The notes: a model not told the origin generated them from the sequence alone. A stretch of DNA of 64,000 nucleotides from an uncultured Gemmatimonas sp. (GCA_964649225.1 CAZYPO010000001.1:27202-91201); one strand, 5' to 3'. Shown: positions 30,875 through 44,285, numbered from the stretch's first letter. Numbers and translations are program-made.

Positions 30875-32163
30875 TGCGTGCCCCGCCGACCCAGCGCGTT
30901 CCGCGAATCAACGATGACGCGTCCGTGGCGGCGAACCAGGTCATAGTCGAGGTTGGAATGATCGGTGACCACGATCACGCAGTCGGCGGCGGCTAGGCTC
31001 TCCGCGGTGAGTGGGATCGACGCAAAACGATGCCCGTCCTCCTCGAACTGGGGCACGTAGGGATCATGGTAGGCCACCTTGGCTCCGCTCTGTTCCAGCA
31101 GTCGGATGATGTCCAGGGCGGGACTCTCCCGGAGATCTTCGATGTCCTTCTTGTAGGCCACGCCCAGCACCAGCACCGTGGAGCCGCGCACGGCCTTCCC
31201 GCTCTCATTGAGCGCGGAGGCGACCTTACGGACCCAGAACGCCGGCATCTCGGTGTTGAGCTCGCCCGCCAGATCGATGAAGCGGGTCTTATAGTTGAGT
31301 CCGCGCATCTTCCAGGCGAGATAATGCGGGTCGATGGGAATGCAGTGGCCCCCGAGCCCGGGGCCTGGCGAGAATTTCATGAAACCGAAGGGCTTGGTGG
31401 CGGCCGCGTCGATCACCTCCCACACGTTGACGCCCAGCTTGTCGCACACGATCGCCATTTCGTTGACCAAGCCGATGTTCACGCTGCGGAAGGTGTTCTC
31501 GAGCAGCTTGACCAGCTCCGCCGCCTCGGTGGTGGAGACGGGAACCAGCGCGTCGATGGCCGGCTGATACAGCGCACAGACGACCCGGAGGCAGTCGGGA
31601 GTGATGCCCCCAACCACTTTGGGTGTGTTCTTGGTCTGGTAGACCGGATTGCCTGGGTCCACCCGCTCGGGACTGAAGGCGAGAAAGAAGTCCTGGCCCA
31701 CTTTGAGTCCGGTCGACTCCAGCGCCGGCAGCATGATCTCGCGCGTGGTGCCGGGATAGGTGGTGCTCTCGAGGATGATGGCCTGGCCGGGGCGCAGCAC
31801 CTTCTTGATCGTCTCGGTGGCGGCTACGATGTAACTGACGTCGGGATCTTTGAATTTCGACAGCGGCGTGGGGACGCAGATCGAGATCGCATCCGCCTCA
31901 CGCAGCCGGCTTCCGTCGGTGGTGGCCTCGAAGCGGCCGGCCTTCCGGATGGCATCGAGCTGGGCCGCCGAAACGTCCTTCACATGGGAACGCCCCGAGC
32001 TGAGCCCATCCACCACGCGCTGACTCACGTCGAAGCCGATCACCGTGTACCCCGCATTGGCCAGCTCGATGGCCAGCGGAAGGCCCACGTAGCCCAGCCC
32101 GATGACGCCAAACCGGATATCCCGGGCTCCCGCCTTCTTGATCAGATCGTTCGCCACCGACAT
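30871..32163 (-). CDS. UDP-N-acetyl-hexosamine 6-dehydrogenase (WbpA/WecC-type nucleotide-sugar dehydrogenase)
   Basis: Track ORF trimmed by 161 codons to ATG 32163 (MSVANDLIKKAGARDIRFGVIGLGYVGLPLA). Contains 'PGPGLGGHCIPIDP'. Confidence 0.85.
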   Translation of the reverse strand: MSVANDLIKKAGARDIRFGVIGLGYVGLPLAIELANAGYTVIGFDVSQRVVDGLSSGRSHVKDVSAAQLDAIRKAGRFEATTDGSRLREADAISICVPTPLSKFKDPDVSYIVAATETIKKVLRPGQAIILESTTYPGTTREIMLPALESTGLKVGQDFFLAFSPERVDPGNPVYQTKNTPKVVGGITPDCLRVVCALYQPAIDALVPVSTTEAAELVKLLENTFRSVNIGLVNEMAIVCDKLGVNVWEVIDAAATKPFGFMKFSPGPGLGGHCIPIDPHYLAWKMRGLNYKTRFIDLAGELNTEMPAFWVRKVASALNESGKAVRGSTVLVLGVAYKKDIEDLRESPALDIIRLLEQSGAKVAYHDPYVPQFEEDGHRFASIPLTAESLAAADCVIVVTDHSNLDYDLVRRHGRVIVDSRNALGRRGTQ

Positions 32164-32182
32164 CAGGGGGTTCTCCGGGGTA

Positions 32183-33391
32183 TCAACCGTAAAATCCGGT
32201 AAGCGTCTGAATAACCCGCTCCTGCTGCGCCTCGGTGAGCTCCGGATACACCGGCAGCGAGAGGACCTCGGCCATGGCTGCCTCGGTTTCCGGCAAGCTC
32301 CCCTCGCGGTAGCCGAGATATCCGAAGCAGGGTTGCAGGTGCAGGCCAAGCGGGTAGTACACCGCACATCCGATGCCGTTGGCCTTGAGGTGCTCCCGCA
32401 AGGCATCCCGCCGCGGCACCCGGATGGTGTACTGGTGGAAAATGTGTTCGTTGGCCGCGTCCACGACGGGGGGCACCACGTCGGGATGTCCTCGAAGCCG
32501 CGCACTGTACCAGTCGGCCTTCTGCCGCCGCGCCGCGCTCCATCCCGAAAGAAACGGCAACTTGGCCAGGAGCACCGCCGCCTGCAGGGTGTCGAGCCTG
32601 CTGTTAGTCCCGACTTCGTCGTGGTGGTATTGGCGGGCGCCGCCATGGAGGCGCAGCCGGCGCAGTCGCTGGGCCAGCGTATCGTCCTGGGTCAGCATCA
32701 TCCCCCCATCCCCCCAAGCGCCGAGATTCTTGCTGGGAAAGAAGGACAGGGTGCCGGCCCAGCCCAGTTCGCCTGCGAGCCGCCAGACGCCGTCCAGGTT
32801 GCGGCGGGCGCCAATGGCTTGCGCCGCGTCCTCGATGACGGGCAAACCGTGCCGGGCTGCGATTGCGAGAATGCGCTCCATCGCCGCCATCTGCCCATAG
32901 AGATGCACCGCCACGATGGCCCGGGTGCGCGGAGTGATCGCCGCCTCGACGGCCGCTGGGGAGAGATTGAAGCTGTCCCGCTGGATGTCCACGAAGACCG
33001 GTTTGCCGCCCGCGTAATGAATCATCCCGGCGGTGGCGAAGAACGTGAAGGCCGGTGTAATGACTTCATCCCCGGGCTTGAGCTCGAGGGTCTTGAGCGG
33101 GAGCAGCAGGGCATCGGTGCCGCTGGCGCAGGCGATCGCATGGCCGACCCGGGAGAGCTTTGCGATGGCCGCCTCCAGCTGCGCCACCTCCGGACCCATG
33201 ATGAACTGTTGCCGCTCGATTACCGCGAGCACCGCCGGCATGACCGCGTCGCGGATCGCCGCGTGCTGGGCTTGGAGGTCGAGCAACGGCACCTGTGCGG
33301 TCACGGCGCCGTCCTGAGTCGGCAAGACTGGTGGCACGCTCAGCAAGGCTCGGCCTGGGCGGCCGAGAGGCGGGCGGAAACTGCGATGCAA
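32183..33391 (-). CDS. DegT/DnrJ/EryC1/StrS-family sugar aminotransferase (WbpE-like)
   Basis: 'VPLLDLQAQHAAIRDAV..QQFIMGPEVAQLE', 'FFPSKNLGAWGDGG'. The true start may be GTG 33304, just before VPLLDL. Confidence 0.85.
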   Translation of the reverse strand: MHRSFRPPLGRPGRALLSVPPVLPTQDGAVTAQVPLLDLQAQHAAIRDAVMPAVLAVIERQQFIMGPEVAQLEAAIAKLSRVGHAIACASGTDALLLPLKTLELKPGDEVITPAFTFFATAGMIHYAGGKPVFVDIQRDSFNLSPAAVEAAITPRTRAIVAVHLYGQMAAMERILAIAARHGLPVIEDAAQAIGARRNLDGVWRLAGELGWAGTLSFFPSKNLGAWGDGGMMLTQDDTLAQRLRRLRLHGGARQYHHDEVGTNSRLDTLQAAVLLAKLPFLSGWSAARRQKADWYSARLRGHPDVVPPVVDAANEHIFHQYTIRVPRRDALREHLKANGIGCAVYYPLGLHLQPCFGYLGYREGSLPETEAAMAEVLSLPVYPELTEAQQERVIQTLTGFYG

Positions 33392-33420
33392 GTCATGCTG
33401 GGAAATAAGCTTATCGGGCC

Positions 33421-34002
33421 TTATTCGGGAGGGTCAACGGCCTCGAGCCGGCCGGCCGCCTCGCGGTAGCGGGTAGCGCAGGCCGCGCAGGTCGCCACGC
33501 CTCCCCGGAGCTCGAGGCGCACTCCGCAGCGGCACATCCAGCCGACCTGGCGGGCGGGCACACCCAGCATCAGGGCGTAGGCCGGTACCTCGCCCCGAAC
33601 CACCGCACCCGCGCCAATGAAGGCGTACGCCCCGATCGTGCCTCCGCAGATCACCGTGGCGTTCGCGCCAATCGTCGCCCCGCGCCTGACCAGAGTGGGC
33701 GCGTACTCCGCTTTCCGCGACACGTGGCTGCGCGGGTTCAGCACGTTGGTGAAGACGCAGCTGGGTCCGCAGAAGACGTCGTCCTCCAGCACCACGCCCT
33801 CGTAGACCGAGACATTGTTCTGGAGCTTCACGTTGTTTCCGATCCGCACGCCCGGCATCACCACCACGTTTTGCCCGAGGTTACACCGCTCGCCAATCAC
33901 CGCACCGGGCATGACGTGGCAAAAGTGCCAGATCTTGGTGCCGGCCCCGATCGTGGCGCCGGCGTCGACGTAGGACGACTCATGCACGAAATAGTCGGTC
34001 AC
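33421..34002 (-). CDS. left-handed beta-helix (hexapeptide) N-acetyltransferase, WbpD-like
   Basis: '[61 protein letters not shown]'. The preferred start is GTG 34002 (VTDYFVHE). The track start at 34104 would overlap murB. Confidence 0.8.
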   Translation of the reverse strand: MTDYFVHESSYVDAGATIGAGTKIWHFCHVMPGAVIGERCNLGQNVVVMPGVRIGNNVKLQNNVSVYEGVVLEDDVFCGPSCVFTNVLNPRSHVSRKAEYAPTLVRRGATIGANATVICGGTIGAYAFIGAGAVVRGEVPAYALMLGVPARQVGWMCRCGVRLELRGGVATCAACATRYREAAGRLEAVDPPE

Positions 34003-34012
34003 TGGGCCCTGG

Positions 34013-34968
34013 TCACTGGTCACTGGTCGTGTACTCCCCCTGGCTCCCGATGAGCTTGACCTCGGTCTCGAGGGAGACACCAAACCGCTCCCTGACCACC
34101 GCACGGGCTTTCGCGATCAGCACACGCACGTCCCCGGCTGTGGCGGTCCCCTCGTTCACAAAATAGTTCGCGTGCATGGAGGACACCGCCGCCCCGCCCA
34201 CCTTGGTGCCCTTGAGTCCCGCCGCTTCGAGCAGCGCACCCGCGGTCCAGGGCCGGCTCCAACCGACCGCGGCCGGAGGGTCGGGGTTCTTGAAGACGCT
34301 CCCGCAGCACGGCTGGCTGAACGGCGTTCCCTGTTGGCGCCACGCGAACAGCCGCTGCACTTCGGCGCTCAGCTCGGCGGGATCGCCAGGGCGCAGCTGG
34401 ACCAGCGCCTCGAGGACGATCAGCTCCTCCAGCCCGCTCCGGCGATACGTAAAGGGAATCTCCGCGGCGGGGATCACCCGGATCTCGCCTGCCCGGTCCG
34501 CCGCGGTGAGCGCAAGCGTTACCTGCGACCATTCCCCTCCATGGCACCCTGCGTTCATGAACACACCGCCTCCCACGCTACCTGGCACGCCCACCATCAT
34601 GTGCAACCCGGCCCAGCCCTGCTCCGCCGTCTTGCGGGCGGCAAGGGGCGCGGGCAATCCGGCGCCGAGCCACCAGCGTTCCCCCTCGCTGCGGATCGTG
34701 TCGAGGCCCTTCCCCAACCGGATCACCAGCGCCTGCAGGCCGGCATCGGGCAACAGGACGTTCGAGCCCAGACCAAGCGGAAACACCGGAACGCCGGCGC
34801 GTCGCGCCTCGCGGAGCCCCGCCGCGAGATCGTCGGCGGACGCGGGCAGGAAGACCGTGGCCGGGCCACCGATCCGGTAGGTGGAGTACCGCGCGAGCGA
34901 AGCATCCCGCTTGACCTCTCCACGCACCGCCTTGGCCAGCGCCGCGGCGAAGCGCGGATCGCGCGCGC

Positions 34969-34972
<4 letters not shown>
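34013..34972 (-). CDS. murB: UDP-N-acetylenolpyruvoylglucosamine reductase
   Basis: Trimmed to ATG 34972. Contains '[13 protein letters not shown]', 'GLGSNVL', 'GSVFKNP'. ATGA overlap with the carB stop (read directly). Confidence 0.9.
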
Positions 34973-38200
<3,228 letters not shown>

Positions 38201-38217
<17 letters not shown>

Positions 38218-39148
38218 TGAGCAGATCCTGCAGGGTCTGGTCCAAGCCGATCTGCGGTCGCCACCCGGTTTCCTTGCGGAGTTTGCCGGCGTCCCCCACG
38301 AGATAGGCAAGGTCGGAGCGGCGCGCCAGCCTGGGCTCCAGTTCGGGCCGCACCTTCCACTGGATCAGCCGCTCGAGCCGCCGCAGCACCTCGGTCAGCT
38401 GGTGTCCCTCTCCCGAGGCGATGTTGTAAACCTCGCCGGCGACGCCCCGCTCGAGCAGCGCCAGGTAGGCCTCGGCGACATCCCGCACGTCGAGAAAATC
38501 GCGCACCGAATCGAGACTGCCCGTTTTGATGGTGGGCGCGCCGATCCGCTTGGCCGCCACGATTCGGCTGGCCAGCGCGGGCACCACGAACCGGATATCC
38601 TGGCCCGGACCGGTATGCGGAAAGGGCCGTGCAATGATGACCCTGAGACCGGTCCGCCGGGATACCTCCAGCGCGGCGACTTCCGCCCCCAGCTTGCTCC
38701 CCGAGTAGGGCGAGCAGGGCTGGGTCGGATCGGATTCCAGGTGCGGTCCCTTCCCCGCACCGTATACCTCGCCGGTCGACACCAGCAGAAAGTTCGGATC
38801 GCCTTGCCGCGTCGCGACCCGCAGGCCGAGGCTTTCGGCAAGCCGCGCGGTTCCGGCGGCGTTCACCTCCCAGGCGAGCCCGGGATCCCGCCGGGCCTCG
38901 CTACCGGACGAAAGCGCGGCGAGATGGACCACCGCGTCCCAACGGCCCTGGGACACGCTTTCGACCGAGGTCCCCGAGCCGAGCTCCAGCTCTCGCCACT
39001 CGAGACGCGCGGCCTCGATGGCCGTCAGGACCGGGGAAGGCCCCCCGCCACGGCGGTGGGTGCCGACGATGTGGTGTCCCGCCTGGAGCAACCGGCGCGC
39101 AAGCCAGCCGCCCACAAAGCCGTCGGCGCCAGTCAGCAGGATCTTCAC
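38201..39148 (-). CDS. rmd: GDP-4-dehydro-6-deoxy-D-mannose reductase (Rmd-like SDR)
   Basis: Trimmed by 94 codons to GTG 39148 ([16 protein letters not shown]). '[11 protein letters not shown]' and '[15 protein letters not shown]' parallel Rmd motifs. GTGA overlap with the gmd stop. Confidence 0.78.
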
Positions 39149-40110
39149 CGCGGTCGCCTCAGCCGCTCGAGATCCGCGTCCACCATCAGCTTGACGAGCG
39201 AGGCAAAATCCACCCTGGGGCTCCAATCCAGTTCGCTCCGCGCCTTGCGCGGGTCGGCTTGCAGCACGTCGACCTCGGCGGGGCGCGAGTAGGCCGGATC
39301 GAACACTACGCAGGACTTCCAGTCGAGCCCGGCGTGCGCGAAGGCCAGCTCCACCAGCTCGCGCACGCTGTGGGTTTCTCCCGTCCCGATGACGTAGTCG
39401 GTCGGCACCGGCCGCTGCAGCATCCGCCACATCGCGTCGACATAATCGCCCGCATACCCCCAGTCCCGCCGCGCATCGAGGTTTCCCATGCGCAGCTGGG
39501 TGGCGAGGCCGAGTTTGATCCGCGCCACGCCGTCGGACACCTTGCGGGTAACGAACTCCATGCCGCGCCGGGGCGACTCGTGATTGAACAGGATGCCGCT
39601 CACGGTGTACATCCCGTAGGACTCCCGGTAATTCACGGTGATCCAGTGCCCGTACACCTTGGCCACCCCGTAGGGCGAGCGCGGGTGGAAGGCCGTCCCC
39701 TCGTGCTGGGGAGACTCCTGCACCTTGCCGAACATCTCCGACGAGCTGGCCTGATAGAACCGCGCGGTGGGATGGACCAACCGGATGGCTTCCAGCATGC
39801 GGGTTACGCCGAGCGCGGTGAATTCCCCGGTGAGGACGGGTTGGCTCCAGGACGCCGGCACGTAAGACTGCGCCGCGAGGTTATACACCTCGTCCGGCCG
39901 GACTTCCTGAACGACCACCGTGAGGGAGTGCTGATCGAGCAGGTCCGCGGTGACGATGGTAACCCGGTCGAGTAGGTGCTCAATGCGCTCGAAGGAGTGG
40001 TGGCTGGTCCGGCGGACCAGGCCGTACACCTGGTACCCCTTCGCTAGCAGGAGCTCCGCCAGGTAGGAGCCGTCCTGGCCGGTGATGCCGGTGATGAGGG
40101 CGCGGGTCAT
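39145..40110 (-). CDS. gmd: GDP-mannose 4,6-dehydratase
   Basis: '[36 protein letters not shown]', 'SSSEMFG', 'PYGVAKVY', 'FNHESPRRG'. Confidence 0.95.
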   Translation of the reverse strand: MTRALITGITGQDGSYLAELLLAKGYQVYGLVRRTSHHSFERIEHLLDRVTIVTADLLDQHSLTVVVQEVRPDEVYNLAAQSYVPASWSQPVLTGEFTALGVTRMLEAIRLVHPTARFYQASSSEMFGKVQESPQHEGTAFHPRSPYGVAKVYGHWITVNYRESYGMYTVSGILFNHESPRRGMEFVTRKVSDGVARIKLGLATQLRMGNLDARRDWGYAGDYVDAMWRMLQRPVPTDYVIGTGETHSVRELVELAFAHAGLDWKSCVVFDPAYSRPAEVDVLQADPRKARSELDWSPRVDFASLVKLMVDADLERLRRPR

Positions 40111-40130
40111 GGGCTACGCCGGTCGACCAG

Positions 40131-40159
40131 TTGAGCCAAGTGCCTCATGGGATTATGTT
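40131..40159 (+). promoter_or_regulatory. candidate sigma70-type promoter of rpmB
   Basis: TTGAGC(40131-36)-17 nt-TATGTT(40154-59). It is followed by SD GGAGAAG and then ATG 40200. Confidence 0.45.
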
Positions 40160-40199
40160 TCCGCGTTCGAAAGATAGTCCTCCAGGAGAAGCTCGACTT

Positions 40200-40391
40200 A
40201 TGGCTCGCGTCTGCACCGTCTGCGGCAAGGGACCCACGACCGGGAATCACGTCAGCCACGCGAACAATCGCGTGAAGCGGCGATGGTATCCCAATCTGCA
40301 GAGCGTCCGCACCGCCGTGAATGGCCAGGTGCGCCGGGTCCGCGTCTGCACCCAGTGCATCAAGAGCAACAAGATCAAGAAGGCCAGTTGA
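40200..40391 (+). CDS. rpmB: 50S ribosomal protein L28
   Basis: Trimmed to '[34 protein letters not shown]'. One of only three protein-coding genes on the plus strand. Confidence 0.93.
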   Translation: MARVCTVCGKGPTTGNHVSHANNRVKRRWYPNLQSVRTAVNGQVRRVRVCTQCIKSNKIKKAS

Positions 40392-40418
40392 AGCCAGGCT
40401 GATCCGGCCGCCAGGCTG

Positions 40419-40443
40419 AAAAAAAGGGGACCGATCGGTCCCC
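40419..40443. terminator. rho-independent terminator between convergent rpmB and rplQ (strong for rplQ, weaker for rpmB)
   Basis: Perfect 18-nt palindrome GGGGACCGATCGGTCCCC (40426-43), giving a 7-bp stem and a GATC loop. It is flanked by A7 (40419-25), which is U7 on the minus-strand transcript, and by TTCGTCGTT on the plus side. Confidence 0.75.
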
Positions 40444-40471
40444 TTCGTCGTTGCGGTGGCCGGCCGGTGCG

Positions 40472-40828
40472 TCACTCGGCCAGGAGCTCGATACGGGCGA
40501 GCTCGGCCCCGTCTCCAGGCCGGTGCCCCAGCTTGAGGATTCTGATGTAGCCACCCGGCCGCGCGGCGAACCGCGGGCCGATTTCCTTGAATAGCCGGCC
40601 CAACACCGCGCGATCCGGAATCCGGCGCTCCACCAGCCGGCGCGCGTGCAGATCTCCTCGGCGGGCCAGGGTGATCAGCCGCTCGGCGTAGGGCCGTAAT
40701 TCCTTGGCCTTGGCCTGCGTGGTCACGATCGCGTCGTGCTCGAAGAGGCTGGCTGCCATGTTGCGCAGCAGTGCCTTCTTGTGCGTGGCGGTCCGCGAAA
40801 GCTGGCGGCCTTTGGCGCGATGCCGCAT
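40472..40828 (-). CDS. rplQ: 50S ribosomal protein L17
   Basis: 'MRHRAKGRQLSRTATHKKALLRNMAASL..IVTTQAKAKELRPYAERLITLA'. Confidence 0.95.
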   Translation of the reverse strand: MRHRAKGRQLSRTATHKKALLRNMAASLFEHDAIVTTQAKAKELRPYAERLITLARRGDLHARRLVERRIPDRAVLGRLFKEIGPRFAARPGGYIRILKLGHRPGDGAELARIELLAE

Positions 40829-41880
40829 TACGCGTTCTCCTCCGGAGCAGCGGTCTCTTCCGGGGTGGTTCCGCCGCTCTTGGCGACGTGCAGGTCGCCA
40901 TCGACTTCCTCGAACGACATCCCGAAGCGGAGCCCCTCCCGCTGCAGCAGCTCGGCGATTTCGGCGACGGCCTTCTCGCCCACGTTCTTGACCTTGAGCA
41001 GCTCTTCTTCGCTGAACTCCACCAGGTCCCGCAGCGTCCGGATGTTGGAGTTCTTGAGCGAGTTGAGCGAGCGCACCGACAACCCGAGGTCGTCGATCAG
41101 GCGCTCCAGCTTCATGCGGAGCCCGCCGGTGATGACGACGCCCTCCGCCGGCAGCGGTCGTGCCTGCGGAACCCGGCCGAAGTCGATGAAGAAGCGGAAA
41201 TGCTCGGTGGCCAGGGCCGCCGCATACGCGATGGCGTCTTCGGGGCTGATGGTCCCGTTGGTCTCCACCATGACCGCCAGCCGGTCGTAGTCGGTCCGCT
41301 GCCCGACGCGGGTTTCGCTCACCGTGAAATTGGCGCGCCGCACCGGATTGTAGATCGCGTCGATCCGGACCACGTCAACCGGCAGCGAGCGATCGGTCGG
41401 GTGCATTTCCGATTCGACGTATCCCCGGCCCTTGTTGACGTACAGGTCGCAGCTCACGTCCTTCTGGTCCTGCAGCGTGAAGAGCAGGTGGTCCGGATTC
41501 ACCACCCGGACGCCGGCCGACTCCTGGATATCGCGGGCGAAGACCGGGCCCTTGCCCTCGCGGCGAATGCGAAGGATGGCCTCGTCCTTGTCCTCGTCCA
41601 GAATCAGCGTGAGCGCCTTGAGCCGCTGAATGATCTGATGCACATCCTCGAGCACGCCGGCCACGGTCTGATGCTCGTGCACCACGCCGTCCATCCGGAA
41701 GGCCCAGACCGCGGAGCCCCGCAGCGAGGAAAGCAGCAGACGCCGGAGCGAGTTGCCCAGGGTATAGCCGAACCCGCGCTCGAGCGGCTGGAGCCGGAAC
41801 TCGGCGATGTTCGGATTGTCCTCCCGCTTGGTCATTTCGACCATGTACGGACGGACCAGGCCGGTCATATCGATCGTCAT
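40828..41880 (-). CDS. rpoA: DNA-directed RNA polymerase subunit alpha
   Basis: 'LQPLERGFGYTLGNSLRRLLLSSL' and the C-terminal domain 'IDDLGLSVRSLNSLKNSNIRTLRDLV'. Its stop overlaps the rplQ ATG by 1 nt (TAATG). Confidence 0.96.
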   Translation of the reverse strand: MTIDMTGLVRPYMVEMTKREDNPNIAEFRLQPLERGFGYTLGNSLRRLLLSSLRGSAVWAFRMDGVVHEHQTVAGVLEDVHQIIQRLKALTLILDEDKDEAILRIRREGKGPVFARDIQESAGVRVVNPDHLLFTLQDQKDVSCDLYVNKGRGYVESEMHPTDRSLPVDVVRIDAIYNPVRRANFTVSETRVGQRTDYDRLAVMVETNGTISPEDAIAYAAALATEHFRFFIDFGRVPQARPLPAEGVVITGGLRMKLERLIDDLGLSVRSLNSLKNSNIRTLRDLVEFSEEELLKVKNVGEKAVAEIAELLQREGLRFGMSFEEVDGDLHVAKSGGTTPEETAAPEENA

Positions 41881-41898
41881 GCGGTATCCGTTCCCGAA

Positions 41899-42540
41899 TT
41901 ACTTCGAGTAGAGCTCGACGATGAGCTGTTCCTGCGCATTGAGCGGGATCGCGTCGCGCGTCGGCAGCATGGTGAGCCGGCCCGCGGCCGCGGCGCCGTC
42001 CACCGAGAGCCAAGACATCGGCGCGCCCCGTGAAGCACTCTCCAGGGCCAATTTCACCGGGACCAGCTCACGGCTCTCCGGAGCGACGCGGACTTCCTGT
42101 CCGGGCGCGACCCGGTAGGAAGGAATGTCGACCCGGCGTCCGTTGACCTGGACGTGCCCGTGCCGCACCAGTTGCCGCGCGGCCTTGCGGCTGCTGGCAA
42201 AGCTCATCCGATACACCACGTTGTCGAGCCGCGTTTCCAGCGCGATCAGCAGGTTGGTGCCCTTCACCCCCTGCTCGTGGCTGGCCCGCTCGAAGGTGTT
42301 GCGGAACTGGCTCTCCGAGAGCCCATAAATCCGCTTGACCTTCTGCTTCTCGCGAAGCTGGCGTGCGTACTCGGACATCTTGCGCCCGCCGCGCCCGCTA
42401 TTGGCTTGGCCATGCTGCCCCGGCGCGTAGCCCCGGCGCTCGACCGCGCACTTTTCGGTGAGACAGCGCGAGCCCTTCAGGAAAAGCTTCGTGCCCTCGC
42501 GGCGGCAGAGCCGGCAGGAAGGCCCAGCGTAACGTGACAT
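41899..42540 (-). CDS. rpsD: 30S ribosomal protein S4
   Basis: 'MSRYAGPSCRLCRREGTKLFLKGSRC..' and the S4 domain 'RLDNVVYRMSFASSRKAARQLVRHGHVQVNG'. Confidence 0.96.
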   Translation of the reverse strand: MSRYAGPSCRLCRREGTKLFLKGSRCLTEKCAVERRGYAPGQHGQANSGRGGRKMSEYARQLREKQKVKRIYGLSESQFRNTFERASHEQGVKGTNLLIALETRLDNVVYRMSFASSRKAARQLVRHGHVQVNGRRVDIPSYRVAPGQEVRVAPESRELVPVKLALESASRGAPMSWLSVDGAAAAGRLTMLPTRDAIPLNAQEQLIVELYSK

Positions 42541-42543
42541 GAC

Positions 42544-42996
42544 TTAAACCCTGCGCTTCTTGGGCGGCCGGCACCCGTTGTGGGGGATCGGGGTGACGTC
42601 CTTGATCGAGACCACGCGCAGGCCAACCGACGCCAGCGCCTGGATGGCCGACTCTCTGCCGCTGCCGGGCCCTTGCACCAGCACGTGCAGCTTCCGCACG
42701 CCGAGGTTCATCACCTCACGTCCGACGTTTTCGGCGGCAACGGTCGCGGCAAAGGGGGTGCTCTTCTTGGAGCCTTTGAAGCCCGCCTTGCCGGCGGTCC
42801 CCCACGCGATCGTGTTGCCGCGCATGTCGGTGATGGTGATGAGCACGTTGTTGAAGGTGGCCGAGATGTGGGCGATGCCCTCGGACTCGACCAGCTTCTT
42901 GGGGCGTTTGGGACCGGCGGCCTTGGCGGCCGCGGCGGGAGTGGCGCCGGGCGCGGCGGAGTCGGCCGGCGGAGCGGGCTGTGCGGGAGTGGTCAT
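42544..42996 (-). CDS. rpsK: 30S ribosomal protein S11 (with an Ala/Pro-rich N-terminal extension)
   Basis: '[42 protein letters not shown]'. Compared with 129-aa S11 proteins, about 25 extra N-terminal residues are present. Confidence 0.93.
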   Translation of the reverse strand: MTTPAQPAPPADSAAPGATPAAAAKAAGPKRPKKLVESEGIAHISATFNNVLITITDMRGNTIAWGTAGKAGFKGSKKSTPFAATVAAENVGREVMNLGVRKLHVLVQGPGSGRESAIQALASVGLRVVSIKDVTPIPHNGCRPPKKRRV

Positions 42997-42999
42997 AGG

Positions 43000-43380
43000 T
43001 TACTTCTTCGTCGCCTTCTTCTTGCCCGCGATAGCGCGGCGCGGCCCCTTCTTGGTGCGCGCGTTGGTATGAGTCCGCTGGCCGCGGACCGGGAGACCCT
43101 TCCGGTGGCGGGAGCCCCGGTAGCTCCCGATGTCCATCAGCCGCTTGATGTTCATGGCGATCTCGGTGCGCAGCGCGCCTTCCACCTTCACGCTGCGCTC
43201 GATCAGCTGGCGCAGCCGCGCTACTTCGGCATCCGAGAGATCGCGCACCCGCGTGTCAGGCCCGATGCCGGAATCGGCCAGCAGCCGATTGCTGGTGGGC
43301 CGGCCGATTCCGTAGATGTAGGTGAGCGCGACTTCGACTCGTTTTTCCCGCGGAAGATCGACGCCTGCGATACGCGCCAT
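43000..43380 (-). CDS. rpsM: 30S ribosomal protein S13
   Basis: '[26 protein letters not shown]'. Confidence 0.96.
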   Translation of the reverse strand: MARIAGVDLPREKRVEVALTYIYGIGRPTSNRLLADSGIGPDTRVRDLSDAEVARLRQLIERSVKVEGALRTEIAMNIKRLMDIGSYRGSRHRKGLPVRGQRTHTNARTKKGPRRAIAGKKKATKK

Positions 43381-43382
43381 CG

Positions 43383-43499
43383 CTAACCCTGCCGTTGCTT
43401 GTGCTTCGGGTTACGCTTGCAAATGACCCGGATGACGCCCTGGCGCTTGACCACCTTGCAGTGCTCGCAGATCGGTTTGACGCTCGACCGTACCTTCAA
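43383..43499 (-). CDS. rpmJ: 50S ribosomal protein L36 (TTG start; absent from the ORF track)
   Basis: Hand translation of the minus strand: TTG AAG GTA CGG TCG AGC GTC AAA CCG ATC TGC GAG CAC TGC.. = (M)[37 protein letters not shown], 38 codons. A GGGGGA SD lies 8 nt upstream. Confidence 0.9.
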   Translation of the reverse strand: MKVRSSVKPICEHCKVVKRQGVIRVICKRNPKHKQRQG

Positions 43500-43540
43500 C
43501 TCGTGATCCCCCTGAAACCTAGGTTGACGGACAGCTTGGC

Positions 43541-43569
43541 AATATAGAGTTGGGGGCAGGACTGGGCAA
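43541..43569 (-). promoter_or_regulatory. candidate sigma70-type promoter for the rpmJ-rpsM-rpsK-rpsD-rpoA-rplQ operon
   Basis: Minus strand reads TTGCCC(43569-64)-17 nt-TATATT(43546-41), about 40 nt upstream of the rpmJ start. Confidence 0.4.
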
Positions 43570-43604
43570 GGGCCAAAGGGCCAATGACTTAGGGGCCCGA
43601 ACCC

Positions 43605-44285
43605 TTAGCCCAACCCGATCAGGAATTCTGCCAGCGCGGCGGCCGGATCGGGATCGGCGAGGATGGGCCGCCCAACCACCAGGTGGGTGGCTCCCAGGCG
43701 TACCGCTTCGAGGGGTCCTGCGATTCGGCTTTGACCTCCAGGCGCATCCGACGCACGCCGGATTCCCGGGACGACGATCAGGGCATCGGGACCCAGGGCA
43801 GCGCGCATCGGTCCCACCTCGTGGGCGCTGCACACGACGCCCGAGAGCCCGGCATCCACTGCCAGCCGCCCCAGCCGCAGGGCTTCCTCCGCCAGCGCCA
43901 GGCCCGGCCGGCCGGTGAGCTCGACGTAGTCGGCTTCCGCATGCGAGGTCAGCACGGTCACTCCGACCACGGACATCCGGTCCCCCGCGCAGGCCGCCGC
44001 GGCGCGCAGCATCTCCGTTCCGCCAAGCGAGTGCACCGTCGCCAGCCGGACACCCAGTCCCCCGGCGACAGCCACCGCGCCTGCGACGGTCGAAGGAATG
44101 TCGTGCCACTTGAGATCCAGAAAGACCTGCAATCCGCGGCTGACCAGCTCGCGGACCAGGGAGGGGCCCTCCGCCGTCATGAGCAGCGATCCGATTTTCA
44201 CCCAGCGGAGCTCGGGGACCCGGTCGAGGAAACGCAAGGCTTCGGAGCGGTTGGGAAGATCGAGCGCGAGAATGAGCTCAGCCAT
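43605..44285 (-). CDS. pyrF: orotidine 5'-phosphate decarboxylase
   Basis: Trimmed to ATG 44285 (MAELILALDL). Catalytic 'VFLDLKWHDIPSTV'. 8-nt overlap with the pyrD 3' end. Confidence 0.88.
   Translation of the reverse strand: MAELILALDLPNRSEALRFLDRVPELRWVKIGSLLMTAEGPSLVRELVSRGLQVFLDLKWHDIPSTVAGAVAVAGGLGVRLATVHSLGGTEMLRAAAACAGDRMSVVGVTVLTSHAEADYVELTGRPGLALAEEALRLGRLAVDAGLSGVVCSAHEVGPMRAALGPDALIVVPGIRRASDAPGGQSRIAGPLEAVRLGATHLVVGRPILADPDPAAALAEFLIGLG

Noticed and set aside
40107-40901. 264-aa minus-strand ORF spanning the rpmB/rplQ region.
   Set aside because: It runs through the rpmB gene, the terminator palindrome and the out-of-frame rplQ. The sequence is low complexity. The ribosomal protein genes explain the region.
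43524-43550. Plus-strand TTGACG ... TATAGA promoter-like hexamers in the rpmJ-pyrF spacer.
   Set aside because: The spacer is only 13 nt and there is no plus-strand gene downstream. The minus-strand TTGCCC-17-TATATT arrangement fits better.
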